Source of the DNA: a bacterium
GTDB taxonomy: Bacteria > Hinthialibacterota > Hinthialibacteria > Hinthialibacterales > Hinthialibacteraceae
DNA: 64,000 bases
Reading direction: 5' to 3'
Assembly (NCBI GenBank): GCA_963663405.2
Contig: CAXXSM010000144.1
Location: 1 to 64,000 of the forward strand
This document shows positions 63,501 to 64,000 of the stretch, one piece after another; the first letter of the stretch is position 1, and every line of letters starts with the position of its first letter. The notes under the pieces were generated by a model. It was given only the letters and a program-made list of their open reading frames with translations, did not search any database and had not been told where the DNA came from. A program made the position numbers and the translations under genes.

Positions 63501-64000
63501 CAACAACTTTGCATGATGCATGAGCGTCTGACTAATGAAAATCCAGATCGTGCCGATTATCAGTACGTTCTTTCAGTCTCCTATGAGCGAATGGGTGATC
63601 TATATCTTGATCTGGGCCAAGGAGGTAAGGCCCAAGAGGCTTATCAAAAGTTATTGGATATTATTAAACAACTGGTTAACTCGGAGCCAGATCGGGCAGA
63701 CTATCAACGCCAACTATCCGTCACGTACAATAAAATAGGTGACCTGTACCGTGCCCTGGGTGAGGGAGGCAAGGCCCAAGAGGCGTACCAGCGCTCGCTG
63801 GAGATTCGGGAGCGTCTGGTGAAAATGGAGCCGGACCGGGCGGACTATCAGCGTATCCTCTCGGTTTCGTATAATAAAATGGGCGACCTGTACAGTGCCC
63901 AGGGCGAGGGAGGCAAGGCCCAAGAGGCGTACCAGCGCTCGCTGGAGATTTTTGAGCGTCTGGCGAACTCGGAGCCGGACCGGGCGGACTATCAGCATGA
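60531..64000 (+). CDS. TIR-CHAT-STAND(NB-ARC-like)-TPR multidomain NLR-like protein (frameshifts near 62112 and 62290-62300; 3' end outside window)
   Basis: TIR: VFISHS..DK, W.DQ.EI.PG, SPWIKTEL. CHAT: LPFEAL, LHLSCHG, VFLNSC, VIAMQ. Walker A GIGGVGKS. Then an open frame to the window end with VLVLDDFEQN, ITCRY, GGHPRML and 48-aa TPRs EPDRADYQ..LSV.Y.K.GDL. Confidence 0.88.
63535..64000 (+). repeat. 144-bp tandem coding repeats (48-aa TPR units)
   Basis: gagccggaccgggcggactatcagc and ggaggcaaggcccaagaggcgtaccagcgctcgctggagatt recur at a 144-bp period. Confidence 0.85.

Overview
Bacterial genomic DNA with no rRNA, tRNA or CRISPR array that I could support. Many genes, including the housekeeping genes thrC and mutS, are split by single-base frameshifts, which most likely reflects long-read indel errors. 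The protein style (Pro/Thr linkers, beta-propeller/Y_Y_Y sensor kinases, many sulfatases and glycosidases, DUF1800/DUF1501) suggests an uncultured heterotroph resembling PVC-type or Ca. Hinthialibacterota/OLB16 lineages; this is inference only. Layout: (1) 1-17 kb: glycan/sulfate catabolism with two-component regulators, including an apparent GH29 + DUF5703/GH95-like fusion and a hidden sulfatase pseudogene. (2) 17-21 kb: hydrolases, thrC, an orphan antitoxin. (3) 21-27 kb: a tandemly duplicated divergent pair of arylsulfate sulfotransferase and LRR lipoprotein. (4) 27-47 kb: envelope and secreted proteins, mutS, and several non-coding repeat families. (5) 47-49.5 kb: an integrase + IS91-family element. 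(6) 50-54 kb: a cNMP-domain PhcB-like methyltransferase coupled to a membrane/PAS/HD-GYP protein, followed by a DUF3034-like barrel; this is a candidate undescribed quorum-sensing to c-di-GMP module. (7) 55-60 kb: a DUF1800/DUF1501 operon and a glycosidase. (8) 60.5-64 kb: a TIR-CHAT-STAND NTPase-TPR NLR-like protein running off the window end, a candidate dual-effector immune receptor. All family calls come from motif recognition by eye, not from database searches.
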